This document shows positions 17,809 to 26,766 of a stretch of 38,731 nucleotides of DNA, in pieces. How positions within the stretch are numbered: the first letter of the stretch is position 1; every line of letters starts with the position of its first letter. The notes below the pieces were generated by a model. The model saw only the letters and a program-made list of their open reading frames with translations, did no database searches and was not told the DNA's origin. Both the position numbers and the translations under genes were made by a program. Origin of the DNA: Candidatus Aminicenantes bacterium. Lineage in GTDB: Bacteria; Acidobacteriota; Aminicenantia; Aminicenantales; Aminicenantaceae. The stretch covers positions 1 through 38,731 of the forward strand of contig DAOUSP010000001.1 in the NCBI GenBank assembly GCA_030627155.1, written 5' to 3'.

Positions 17809-19707
17809 CTAATCTTTTTTCTCTTGAATTATTGGCAAAATCATATGGGAAGGAAATTTTCCTGAATGATGGATTGTATTCTCAGCAATACTCCATTCAG
17901 TTTCATCATAATTATTGCCTCCGGTGTTCAGGTTTCGTTCGAACAAAGGAAAATCGCTGCTGGACACTTGCACGCGGATTCTATGTCCCTTTTTAAAGTA
18001 ATTGCTGGTAGCATCCAGATCTATCTGAATCTTATACACCCCTCCCTTTTTCATCCAGACTTTCTTTGTGAACCCTTCTCGATATCTTGCACGTAGAATC
18101 CCCTGTTGTATATTGTAAGCTGTACCATCGGGATACACATCCACAAGTTTAGCAGTGAAATCTGTATCTTTCGCTGATGAAGATACATAAAGGACAGCTG
18201 TTATTGGACCTGTTAATTCAATGCCTTCCTCTAATTCCGGTGTTGTGTAAACCAAAACATCATTACGAATTTCAACTTTAGCTTGATCAATAGCCCCAGC
18301 CGGAGTTCCATATGAGGTGCCACGCTGACCTCCTACAGAAGGGACCGGATTACCCGGATCATAGATAAACTTATCGGAAGGCTCATTCTCTGGCATCTCT
18401 GTCGATAGCCATCCATTTCCATTACGGCTATTCGCATTCCCTTCGCTATGGAGATAATATTTTGTGTATTGAGTCTCCGGCAACGGCCAAACTTCTGCTG
18501 AATGCCATTCATTACGTCCCATCACATAATACTGAACTTTAGGCATATTCGTAATTCCGTTTTCTTCTCCCTTTAACCAGTAATCAAACCACTTGAGAAA
18601 AATTTCCCTATAGTTTAGCCTTGCATCTCCTATATCACGATCACCGACAATTGTGTGTTCTGTGGCCCTCTCGAAGCTGCAATGCGTTGTGGGTGCAATA
18701 ATCACAAACTGATTGTTACGAGCAGTCTCAGAAACGGCATTTTCCCTAAAATAATTGAATTCAAAAAGAGTTTCTTCAACACTCGGGTCATACCAGGTAC
18801 TCATATGGAGCGCCGGTACATCGATTTTTTCCGTACCATCATAATATCCCATTGTATCGTGCCACCATGGATCACCAAAATCTCGTGTTACCAATTCAAC
18901 CCAATCATTGGGAGGTGCACCCGCTTTTTTCATTACGTCAACAAGCGGTAAATACCAATTCAGTTTCTCGAAATCAACTTCCGGAAAATTACTCGGACCT
19001 GGCTCAAAAAATTCACGAATCTTACTAATCTCGGAATCTGATAGACCGGGCGGCGGCTTTAAAGAATACTTACAAGCAGCCTCAAAATACCATGATATAC
19101 TTGCAGCTAAATCAAGAACACCGCCTTTAAAACCAGACCAATATCTATAACGGTCATTGGCTGCACCAATCATTGGACCACACTGCGGTATCATGCAAGT
19201 AAGATTAGGATGTCTTAGGGGAGCTTGCGCGGCTTGAACTTCTGCTGGATAAGAACAGCCATAAGTGCCGATTTTGCCATTACTCCAGGGTTGTTTAGCA
19301 AGCCAATCTACCGTGTCATAGCCGTCCTCGGCCTCATGTCCTGCCGGTGGAGAATAAATGCCTTCGGATTCATATTTTCCCCGGCAGTCTTGTATGGCAA
19401 CGACAAAGCCATGAGAAGCAAACATATAAGCTTGTTCTCTCTTTTCTCGATCTCTATAACCTTTCTTATTATAAGGGGTTCGGATGAGAATAACTGGCAG
19501 CTTTTTTTCTTTATTTTTTGGAAAATAGAGGTCAGTCGATAATCTTATTCCATCTCTCATGGGAACCATGCGGCTTTCTTCCAAACGCACTTCATATTTA
19601 AGCTCAGACACATCTTGTTGCTTTACTGTAAGTGCAGAGCTTTGCGGCACAATAAAGAAAGAAAAAAAGATCAAAAATACCATCCAAAGCTTTATTTTTT
19701 TAAACAT
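17809..19707 (-). CDS. CocE/NonD-family hydrolase (peptidase S15, X-Pro dipeptidyl-peptidase-like), secreted
   Basis: 632 aa with a signal peptide. Diagnostic blocks are VPMRDGIRLSTDLYFP, PVILIRTPYNK, QDCRGKYESEG, DGYDTVDWLAKQPWSNGKIGTYGCSYPA and the C-terminal beta-sandwich region. Confidence 0.85.
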   Translation of the reverse strand: MFKKIKLWMVFLIFFSFFIVPQSSALTVKQQDVSELKYEVRLEESRMVPMRDGIRLSTDLYFPKNKEKKLPVILIRTPYNKKGYRDREKREQAYMFASHGFVVAIQDCRGKYESEGIYSPPAGHEAEDGYDTVDWLAKQPWSNGKIGTYGCSYPAEVQAAQAPLRHPNLTCMIPQCGPMIGAANDRYRYWSGFKGGVLDLAASISWYFEAACKYSLKPPPGLSDSEISKIREFFEPGPSNFPEVDFEKLNWYLPLVDVMKKAGAPPNDWVELVTRDFGDPWWHDTMGYYDGTEKIDVPALHMSTWYDPSVEETLFEFNYFRENAVSETARNNQFVIIAPTTHCSFERATEHTIVGDRDIGDARLNYREIFLKWFDYWLKGEENGITNMPKVQYYVMGRNEWHSAEVWPLPETQYTKYYLHSEGNANSRNGNGWLSTEMPENEPSDKFIYDPGNPVPSVGGQRGTSYGTPAGAIDQAKVEIRNDVLVYTTPELEEGIELTGPITAVLYVSSSAKDTDFTAKLVDVYPDGTAYNIQQGILRARYREGFTKKVWMKKGGVYKIQIDLDATSNYFKKGHRIRVQVSSSDFPLFERNLNTGGNNYDETEWSIAENTIHHSGKFPSHMILPIIQEKKD

Positions 19708-19747
19708 TTTTATTCCTCCTTGTTTTAACTGTACGATTTGCGAATCT

Positions 19748-21142
19748 TTATTTAATTATACGAATCTCCTGGGGCGGTGGATAGAAATACTCGACTCCAC
19801 GTTCAGTGACAATCGCACCGTCATGTAATTGTATAGATAAATATTTCCCTTCACCCCATTCAGGCATCGGCACATAGACCCAGTATTCAAAGTAGAAGTG
19901 GTGATTAAGGGGAAGTATCATATCCCGTTGCCAATCCGGACCTAAAGGACCGATCCTGGGGGCATAAATTCCTGCTCCTGCGGCATGTAAGTCGAGAGGA
20001 ACCTGGGTCTTTTCAGGATCCAGTTCTTTGTTATATATTTGTCTATTTACATAAATAAACCCAGCTTCTTCAATTTTTCGTTTGAGGATTTCAAATGTTT
20101 CACCAGCGGTACGCCCCACTTTGATGTTGTCTTCTAAAATTTCACGGACTTTCATTACATCTGCCCAGGCTTTTTTGATCTTTGGAGGCAGTTCGGTCTC
20201 TCCTTCACGAAGCACATAGCCGTATTCAAACGTGACCTCATAGAAGTTCCCGAACTTCCACTCGGGATGCATATGGCCGCCGCTTTGTCGACCACCTGCC
20301 AGACAAATCAGGTCGCCTCTCTGGAACACATAGTCACCTCTTCTTCTATTTCCGTTCTTATCCACTACAGAACGACTACTTTCAAGATCGCTGAATTTGG
20401 TTACTCCTGGCGCGATTTTATCAAAATCTCTCACTAAAGATTCTGCGATCATTTTACGCATTTTCTTAAATAGTACAATTTCGCTCTTCACTGGTCTCGA
20501 CAAGTAATCTGTTATAAGATATTCAGCAGAGACTATTCTCTTCGCATATTTATCACCGAGAGCTTTGACCAATAGGTTGTAGTCAGTATGCGAAATGCCG
20601 TCGGATCGTAACCTTGGAATCTCATACTCCACGGGAGATCCCAGCTTTTCCAGGTAATTTACACCGATACGTTTGGGGTCGCGTTCAGCAACAAATTCTC
20701 CGATGCCCTCAAATCGGTAATCCAATTCTGTTTTTGGGCCTCCCGGCCATTCGGCCCCTACCGTTTTATAGAATTCTCCTAAAGGAATCCTGGATTCTGG
20801 TTTAGCAATTATATCGTAGGCTCCGCATTCTCGAACCAAATCCGAACTGTAATCGAAAACCACCCGTTCGATCCTGTCACCGCCGCGGTCAGTGAAGATG
20901 AAAATCCCGGAGTTACTTCCCAAGTTACATGCAATGGGATCAGTATTTCCTTCTCTCATGACTTGAATCCACATGTCGATATTGTTCTCCCGCATGACTT
21001 GAGGCAGGATGAGGTCAAACTTGTCCCGGCGAATCTGATTCATCAAGTCCTCTGTAGCATCTGGTTCTTGATCCTGGGCATGGAAACCCTTGACAAGGAT
21101 GAGGATAGAAAATAACATCAGAAAAACCCGAAATTTTTTCAT
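19748..21142 (-). CDS. Secreted M24 (pita-bread fold) peptidase-like protein with a non-canonical metal-ligand set
   Basis: ATG at 21142 with GGAGG 7 nt upstream; the track start at 21160 is less likely. It has a signal peptide (MKKFRVFLMLFSILILVKGFHAQ). The blocks GDLICLAGG, YEVTFEY, LDLHAAGAG, FYFEYWVYVP and IQLHDGAIVTERGVEYF are collinear with PepP/PepQ. Confidence 0.6.
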   Translation of the reverse strand: MKKFRVFLMLFSILILVKGFHAQDQEPDATEDLMNQIRRDKFDLILPQVMRENNIDMWIQVMREGNTDPIACNLGSNSGIFIFTDRGGDRIERVVFDYSSDLVRECGAYDIIAKPESRIPLGEFYKTVGAEWPGGPKTELDYRFEGIGEFVAERDPKRIGVNYLEKLGSPVEYEIPRLRSDGISHTDYNLLVKALGDKYAKRIVSAEYLITDYLSRPVKSEIVLFKKMRKMIAESLVRDFDKIAPGVTKFSDLESSRSVVDKNGNRRRGDYVFQRGDLICLAGGRQSGGHMHPEWKFGNFYEVTFEYGYVLREGETELPPKIKKAWADVMKVREILEDNIKVGRTAGETFEILKRKIEEAGFIYVNRQIYNKELDPEKTQVPLDLHAAGAGIYAPRIGPLGPDWQRDMILPLNHHFYFEYWVYVPMPEWGEGKYLSIQLHDGAIVTERGVEYFYPPPQEIRIIK

Positions 21143-21181
21143 TAATATGCCTCCTCTCATTTAATTGATATCATTATTGGG

Positions 21182-23890
21182 TCATTGTTGATCCTTTATC
21201 CAATAATCCTTCAAAACCAAAACTTTCTTCTTCAAGATTTCGTCACCAGCAGTAAGCATAATCGTATATATCCCTGGCCGTACACGTGTATATTTGTAAT
21301 TGGGATCTGTCTCCCAATTATGGATGTGACGCCTGGTCATAAGAGATTGTCCGTTGATTCCAACCTCTGTATTTTCGCTCCCATACCATTCTAGTTGGTC
21401 ATAGTAATCGAAATATTCCTGGCCCCATTCTGCCTCTGAATCATAGGGAATTCCTCTCGTTTCTTTAAACATTTCTTTTTCTTCTGCGGTCCGCTTTCTT
21501 TTCCATGTAAATGGCCAAATAACACGGTTCAAACCAGGATTATTAGGACCAATTATTTCCTGTAGTATTCTGGCTCCATCATAGACTGTAATTTTAACAT
21601 CACCCTTAACCTTATTTTTCAAATAATAATTGACGACAACTCCCCGTGGCTCATTTTCACCAGCAAAATTTTGAGCACTTCGTGTATACTGACTGATTAT
21701 TTTCCACTGAACCCGTGGTTCAATATCAAAAAGATGGACATTTTTGGTTAAAACTTCAGTATTTAATTCTTGAAGGGGAGAGATATCGGTAATATAAAAC
21801 CCTCTTCCATGCGTTCCAACCACGAGATCGTTTTCACGAGGGTGTATAACCAAATCATAAATAGGAATTGTAGGCATATTGTTCTTCATCTTGGTCCAGT
21901 TTTGGCCTCCATCGATGGTGACATAAACAGCCCGATCAGTCCCGACAAAAAGTAAATTTGGATTCTTATGATCTTCGCGAATGACATTGATTGGTTCCTC
22001 AGGCAGATTATTGGCTATCGAGTTCCAGCTTTCACCAAAATCATTTGTTTTATAGACAAAAGGCCTAAAATCATCACTCCTTAATCCTGATAAAGTAACA
22101 TAAGCAGTTTCAGCATAATGATGAGATGTGATAACCCTGGTTACCCAGTATCCAGGATTATCTGCAATACGCTCATTCAACTTTTTCCAATTAGCACCGC
22201 TATCTTTGCTGATCCAGAGATTTCCATCATCCGTGCCCGCCCAGAGTATACCTTGTTTAACAGGAGATTCAGCTATAGTGGTGATAGTTCCTACTTCTCT
22301 ACGTGGTCGATGCTTCCGTTCTGTGTTGGACAAATCAGGACTTATTTCCTGCCAGCATTCGCCCCGATGCATGGACCGAAGAAGGACATTAGCCCCGTGA
22401 TAAATGACTTTGCTGTTATGAGGTGAAATAAGGATAGGAGCGTTGAAATTAAAGCGGATATTGGAGTTACCACGGTATCTAAGTCTCTTTTTAGTTCCCT
22501 CTTTTTGATCAAATCTGACAATACCACCATTTTGGGTTTCAACGTAGAGCCAACGGCTGTCGCTCGGATCTGCCTGGCAGGATAACCCATCAGCGGTCCC
22601 CACGTGAGACCAGTCCTCAAATCGTATAGGAACATACCCCTTATTGGTGCTCGGACCCTTCCACGTTCCAAAATCTTGCATACCGCCATAGACATTATAA
22701 GGATACTCCATATCAACGCAGATTGCATATAACTGTGCTAATGGCAGTTCATCAGCATGATACCAGTGAAGGCCATCATCATGGGTCATGGCAAATCCAT
22801 AATCATAGCCTGCCAGTATGTTGTTACTGTCTTCAGGGTTGATCCATAATGCATGCCAATCACCACCCCAACGCCAAGCTCTGTCCCATGTTTTACCTCC
22901 ATCTGTAGATTTGTCCATTTGAGCTTGAAAATTGTAAATAATTTCAGGATTATTAGGATCAATCCTTATCTGACCAAAGAATGATCCTCCGCGAATAGCC
23001 TGACCAACCCTTTGCCAGGATTCTCCGCCATCCTCAATCCGGTATATTCCTATACTACGCTTGGGTTCAACAATTGTTGCATACAGGATTTGTGGATTTC
23101 TGAGGTAGATGTCGATACCAATTCTGCCAAGCTTTCCTTCAGGAAGTCCATTGGTAAGCTTTTTCCAGGATTTGCCAGCATCTGAGGATTTGTAGATACC
23201 GCTTCCTTCCCCTTCCTGCCTGTCCCACATAGCTGCATAAAGTATATCTGGGTTAGCAGGATCCATTGCCAGGTCGACTGCTCCGACATATTTACAGTTA
23301 TCCATAACTTCAAGAGATTTTATCCAGGTCTTTCCACCGTTAGTGGTTTTATATACTCCTCTTTCAGTGTTATCGGAAAATCCATGCCCCAAGGCCGCCA
23401 CATAGACAATATCTGGATTTTCAGGATGAATCCTTATTCGTCCGATATAGCGAGAATCTTTTAATCCCATATGTGCCCAGGTTTTTCCTCCATCTGTGGA
23501 TTTATATGCTCCATCTCCATACAATTCGGCAACGTTGGCTTCACCCGTTCCAACCCAGACGATATCAGGGTCAGACCATGACACTTCAACATCACCTGGA
23601 GCAATTGAATTTTCATTATCGAAAATTGGTTCAAATGAGTTGCCATAATTCACAGTTTTCCAGAGCCCACCTGTAGCAGCAACATAAAAGGTATAGGGCT
23701 GCTTTTTCCAATCAGGCACAGCAATATCGATAATTCTCCCTCCCTGTCTCGTAGGCCCAATCGACCGATAATTGAAAAGCTTCAAAAAATCCTCAGAAAA
23801 TTCTTGTCCGAACGCATCTGGAATAGAAAATAAAATAAAAAAAAGAAAAACAATAAGCAAACTACAAAATGGTTTAAATTTTCTCTTCAT
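21182..23890 (-). CDS. BNR/Asp-box repeat beta-propeller protein (sortilin/VPS10-like 'glycosyl hydrolase'), secreted
   Basis: 902 aa with a signal peptide. There are about nine Asp-boxes: STDGGKTW (x2), TTNGGKTW, SSDAGKSW, EDGGESW, THDDGLHW, SKDSGANW, TNDFGESW and TIDGGQNW. Confidence 0.8.
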   Translation of the reverse strand: MKRKFKPFCSLLIVFLFFILFSIPDAFGQEFSEDFLKLFNYRSIGPTRQGGRIIDIAVPDWKKQPYTFYVAATGGLWKTVNYGNSFEPIFDNENSIAPGDVEVSWSDPDIVWVGTGEANVAELYGDGAYKSTDGGKTWAHMGLKDSRYIGRIRIHPENPDIVYVAALGHGFSDNTERGVYKTTNGGKTWIKSLEVMDNCKYVGAVDLAMDPANPDILYAAMWDRQEGEGSGIYKSSDAGKSWKKLTNGLPEGKLGRIGIDIYLRNPQILYATIVEPKRSIGIYRIEDGGESWQRVGQAIRGGSFFGQIRIDPNNPEIIYNFQAQMDKSTDGGKTWDRAWRWGGDWHALWINPEDSNNILAGYDYGFAMTHDDGLHWYHADELPLAQLYAICVDMEYPYNVYGGMQDFGTWKGPSTNKGYVPIRFEDWSHVGTADGLSCQADPSDSRWLYVETQNGGIVRFDQKEGTKKRLRYRGNSNIRFNFNAPILISPHNSKVIYHGANVLLRSMHRGECWQEISPDLSNTERKHRPRREVGTITTIAESPVKQGILWAGTDDGNLWISKDSGANWKKLNERIADNPGYWVTRVITSHHYAETAYVTLSGLRSDDFRPFVYKTNDFGESWNSIANNLPEEPINVIREDHKNPNLLFVGTDRAVYVTIDGGQNWTKMKNNMPTIPIYDLVIHPRENDLVVGTHGRGFYITDISPLQELNTEVLTKNVHLFDIEPRVQWKIISQYTRSAQNFAGENEPRGVVVNYYLKNKVKGDVKITVYDGARILQEIIGPNNPGLNRVIWPFTWKRKRTAEEKEMFKETRGIPYDSEAEWGQEYFDYYDQLEWYGSENTEVGINGQSLMTRRHIHNWETDPNYKYTRVRPGIYTIMLTAGDEILKKKVLVLKDYWIKDQQ

Positions 23891-24211
23891 GGTTTTACCC
23901 CTTCATAAAAAATGTTATTTAATCACATACCATTTAATCTGGCGTCCTCCTAAATATTCGATACCTATTTCTGTAAAGGCAACGGTTTGTTCGAGCACAA
24001 TCCGGACATCCTGACCGCTCCACTCATAAACTGCAGATCTATTATCCAATTCCATTATATAAAAATGTTTTTTTATTTATACTTAATGCTTGTATTTTGT
24101 CTATTTTTTCTCATCTAACCTTCTTATATTTTCACAGAAATAAGCAAAAGGTTTATTTATCAAAATATTATCACGTTTTTCTCTTTTTTTCCACAAATTT
24201 TTCAATATTCT

Positions 24212-24334
24212 TTGAATAAGTGGGATATCTTACCAATCGTAATTCTCGGATTATTCATCTTAACAAGATTCTTTTGTCGATTTTTCTGCCCTGTGGGAGT
24301 AGTAGGCTCAACTAAAAAAGAAAACCCATTCTAA
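24212..24334 (+). pseudogene. Possible relic of a NapH/FixG-type polyferredoxin membrane protein
   Basis: 41 codons reading (L)NKWDILPIVILGLFILTRFFCRFFCPVGVVGSTKKENPF*. The TM segment followed by RFFCxxxCPxG resembles the GRxxCGxxCPxG entry motif of that family. It is isolated in AT-rich non-coding DNA. Confidence 0.25.
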
Positions 24335-24584
24335 GCAGGCCTACAGGCAGCTTCACTCCTTTAGCCCAAAACAACACTCTTCTCATCTTAAATGTTAAAT
24401 TGGGAAATTGTTATCGGCCATTTTTTTCATTGTCTTTATCTCCACTTTCGTAGATGGGATTTTACAGGTACTGAAAATTCGGGACATGACTTTAATTCGA
24501 AGAATTAAGGATCGTATCCCAGTTATTTTCAAAAATCTTAGTTGTTTTCCCAGGTTGTATCTCGATATTTGACTCAGATATACA

Positions 24585-25046
24585 TTATTGCGATGAACCA
24601 AAATTATAAACTGCTGCTACGGTCACGTTCGCAATTTCTCTTACTTTATGAGCTACTACCTTCATCTTTATCTCACCCTTCCAGCCTCGGGCTGATAACA
24701 TCTCGTTCAGGCCTTTACTAATCTCCTCTTCACACTCTTTTTGGCCATATTCACCTCTTGATTCAATGAACAATCCTCCCTCCTTGGTTTGAACCCAGCC
24801 TAATCCAGCCGAGATTTGAGCATTTGGTTTATTACTACTAAAACTGGAAATTACAACATACAAGATATCACCAATTTTGCGAGAAGATTCATAGGTTTCA
24901 ACCTCAGATACTCTTGCATCCTGAGGAATTACCGAGCTTAAAGAGATTAGATTGAAATTGTGAATTCCTGCTTTTAGCAGAGCTTTGTCAAAAGAACTTA
25001 TTAAAGTTTTTCCTTCACTTTTTCCCCAGACTATTTTAATTTCCAT
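24585..25046 (-). CDS. pdaD: Pyruvoyl-dependent arginine decarboxylase
   Basis: About 153 aa. EGKTLISSFDKALLKAGIHNFNLISLSSVIP contains the Ser-Ser self-cleavage site. AAGGAG lies 10 nt before the ATG at 25046; the track start at 25055 sits too close to the SD. Confidence 0.85.
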   Translation of the reverse strand: MEIKIVWGKSEGKTLISSFDKALLKAGIHNFNLISLSSVIPQDARVSEVETYESSRKIGDILYVVISSFSSNKPNAQISAGLGWVQTKEGGLFIESRGEYGQKECEEEISKGLNEMLSARGWKGEIKMKVVAHKVREIANVTVAAVYNFGSSQ

Positions 25047-25258
25047 TATTAGCATGCTCCTTTTTTAATTCTTTCATTTCTTCCTTAATCTTTTTAATAT
25101 TATATTGAAACAACAATTTTGCTACCTTAAATTATTCTTTATTTGATCTTCATCTATCAATTTTTTCCTAATGCTTATAGCAGACTCCAGATTTTCTGTC
25201 AATCAGAAGTAGTACTTATTTTTTTTTAACGTTTTCCAATTTTTTCTTTTTACTCACC

Positions 25259-25287
25259 TTGCATAATTAGAAGTCCTGTGCTATACA
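25259..25287 (+). promoter_or_regulatory. Candidate sigma-70 promoter for the P-loop/OTC transcription unit
   Basis: TTGCAT (25259-25264), a 17-nt spacer, then TATACA (25282-25287) preceded by TGc (extended -10). It lies 52 nt upstream of the ATG at 25340. Confidence 0.35.
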
Positions 25288-25339
25288 ATGGTTTTTAAAA
25301 ATATTTGAATAAAGATCGATCAAAAAAGGAGATGCAGTC

Positions 25340-26644
25340 ATGAAAAAAGTCATCATTATGGGAGCAGCTGGAAGAGATTTCCACAATTTTAATGTTCATT
25401 TTAAAGACAAAGAAGAATTTTACGTTGTTGCCTTCACAGCTACCCAGATTCCGGACATTGAAGACAGAAAGTATCCTTCTCTTCTTTCAGGAAAACTATA
25501 TCCAGATGGAATTCCGATTTATCCTGAAAAAGAACTCATCTCTCTCATCAAAAAACACGGAGTTGATGAGGTTTGTTTTTCTTACAGCGATGTTCCTCAC
25601 GAGTATGTAATGCATAAAGCTTCTGAGGTTCTTGCAGCTGGAGCAACATTTATCCTTTTAGGACCAGATGAGACGATGCTCAAAAGTAAGCTGCCTGTGG
25701 TTTCCGTAGGTGCAGTCAGAACCGGCTGTGGAAAAAGCCAAACAAGTAGAAAAATAGCCCTGATTCTTAAAAATAAGGGAAAAAGAGTAGTAGTAATTCG
25801 TCACCCTATGCCCTACGGAGATCTTGTAAAACAAAAAGTACAGCGTTTTGCGCACTATGAAGACCTGGCCAAGTACGAATGCACCATCGAAGAGAGAGAA
25901 GAGTATGAACCTCATATTGCTAACGGAATCGTTGTTTATGCCGGAGTAGATTACAAGGCCATTCTGGAAGAGGCAGAAAAAGAAGCAGATGTAATTCTCT
26001 GGGACGGAGGAAATAACGATTTTTCTTTCTACAAACCTGACTTAGATATTGTCGTTGTTGATCCTCATCGTCCTGGCCACGAACTCCTATATCATCCTGG
26101 TGAGACCAATTTCAGGAAAGCTCATGTGCTTGTTATCAACAAAATTGATACTGCTGCTAAGGAAAATATCGATCTTATCCTTGATAATATTAAAAAAGTA
26201 AATCCAGAAGCAAAAATAATCCGTGCGAACTCTCCGATATTCGTTACTGACGAAAAAGAAATAGCTAACAAAAAGGTTTTAGTCATCGAAGATGGACCGA
26301 CTTTAACCCACGGAGAAATGGCTTACGGAGCTGGAGTCGTTGCAGCCAATAAGTATGGTGCTAAAAAAATAATAGACCCAAGACCCTTTGCTGTGGGAAG
26401 TATTAAGAAAACATTCGAGAAATTCACTCATTTAGATAAAGTCCTTCCAGCTATGGGTTATGGAGAGGCACAGATTGCTGAACTCACTCAGACTATCAAT
26501 AATAGCGATTGTGACCTTGTCATCAGCGGTACTCCTATTGATATCAACAGAGTAATTAAAACAAACAAGAAAATCCTCAACGTCCGCTATGAAATCGAGG
26601 AAATTGGCTCTCCTAATCTGGAAGAAGTTCTCGAAGATTTCTGA
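25340..26644 (+). CDS. Uncharacterised P-loop NTPase (a family I recall being annotated 'GTPase' or 'cyclic 2,3-diphosphoglycerate synthetase-like')
   Basis: 434 aa with AAGGAG upstream. It has an N-terminal Rossmann-like IIMGAAGRDFHNFN, a Walker-A-like VGAVRTGCGKSQTS and a Walker-B-like ADVILWDGGNNDF. The product name is from memory only. Confidence 0.5.
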   Translation: MKKVIIMGAAGRDFHNFNVHFKDKEEFYVVAFTATQIPDIEDRKYPSLLSGKLYPDGIPIYPEKELISLIKKHGVDEVCFSYSDVPHEYVMHKASEVLAAGATFILLGPDETMLKSKLPVVSVGAVRTGCGKSQTSRKIALILKNKGKRVVVIRHPMPYGDLVKQKVQRFAHYEDLAKYECTIEEREEYEPHIANGIVVYAGVDYKAILEEAEKEADVILWDGGNNDFSFYKPDLDIVVVDPHRPGHELLYHPGETNFRKAHVLVINKIDTAAKENIDLILDNIKKVNPEAKIIRANSPIFVTDEKEIANKKVLVIEDGPTLTHGEMAYGAGVVAANKYGAKKIIDPRPFAVGSIKKTFEKFTHLDKVLPAMGYGEAQIAELTQTINNSDCDLVISGTPIDINRVIKTNKKILNVRYEIEEIGSPNLEEVLEDF

Positions 26645-26679
26645 TAAAGAGAAATATTGCACTCATTATATTAATGCAG

Positions 26680-26712
26680 TTGAAATTATTCTATTACATA
26701 GAATAATTTCAA
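26680..26712. promoter_or_regulatory. Perfect 15-3-15 palindrome between the P-loop gene and the OTC gene
   Basis: TTGAAATTATTCTAT tac ATAGAATAATTTCAA. It lies 36 nt after the P-loop stop and 55 nt before the OTC ATG. Confidence 0.6.
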
Positions 26713-26766
26713 TTTAAAAAAAGTGCCTTTCTGAGTCGAGAAGACATGTGAAATAGGAGGAGAAAA

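Noticed and set aside
12178-24584. A classical tRNA-targeted genomic island with defined att sites.
   Set aside because: The foreign-looking DNA lies on the 5' side of the tRNA rather than at its 3' end. No integrase is present, and I could not find a direct repeat of any tRNA segment by eye. Only the weaker 'eroded border' interpretation is reported.
24395-24601. The 68-aa minus-strand ORF overlapping the 3' end of pdaD.
   Set aside because: It overlaps the pdaD stop region, has no SD or motifs, and lies in AT-rich spacer DNA.
26680-26712. The 33-bp palindrome as a rho-independent terminator, or as a canonical pair of ARG boxes.
   Set aside because: The stem is almost entirely A/T, and only TTT follows before an A-run, so it is a poor intrinsic terminator. 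The half-sites (TGAAATTATTCT) do not keep the TGAAT-N4-ATTCA spacing of the ARG-box consensus. I therefore report it only as an unassigned operator/hairpin candidate.
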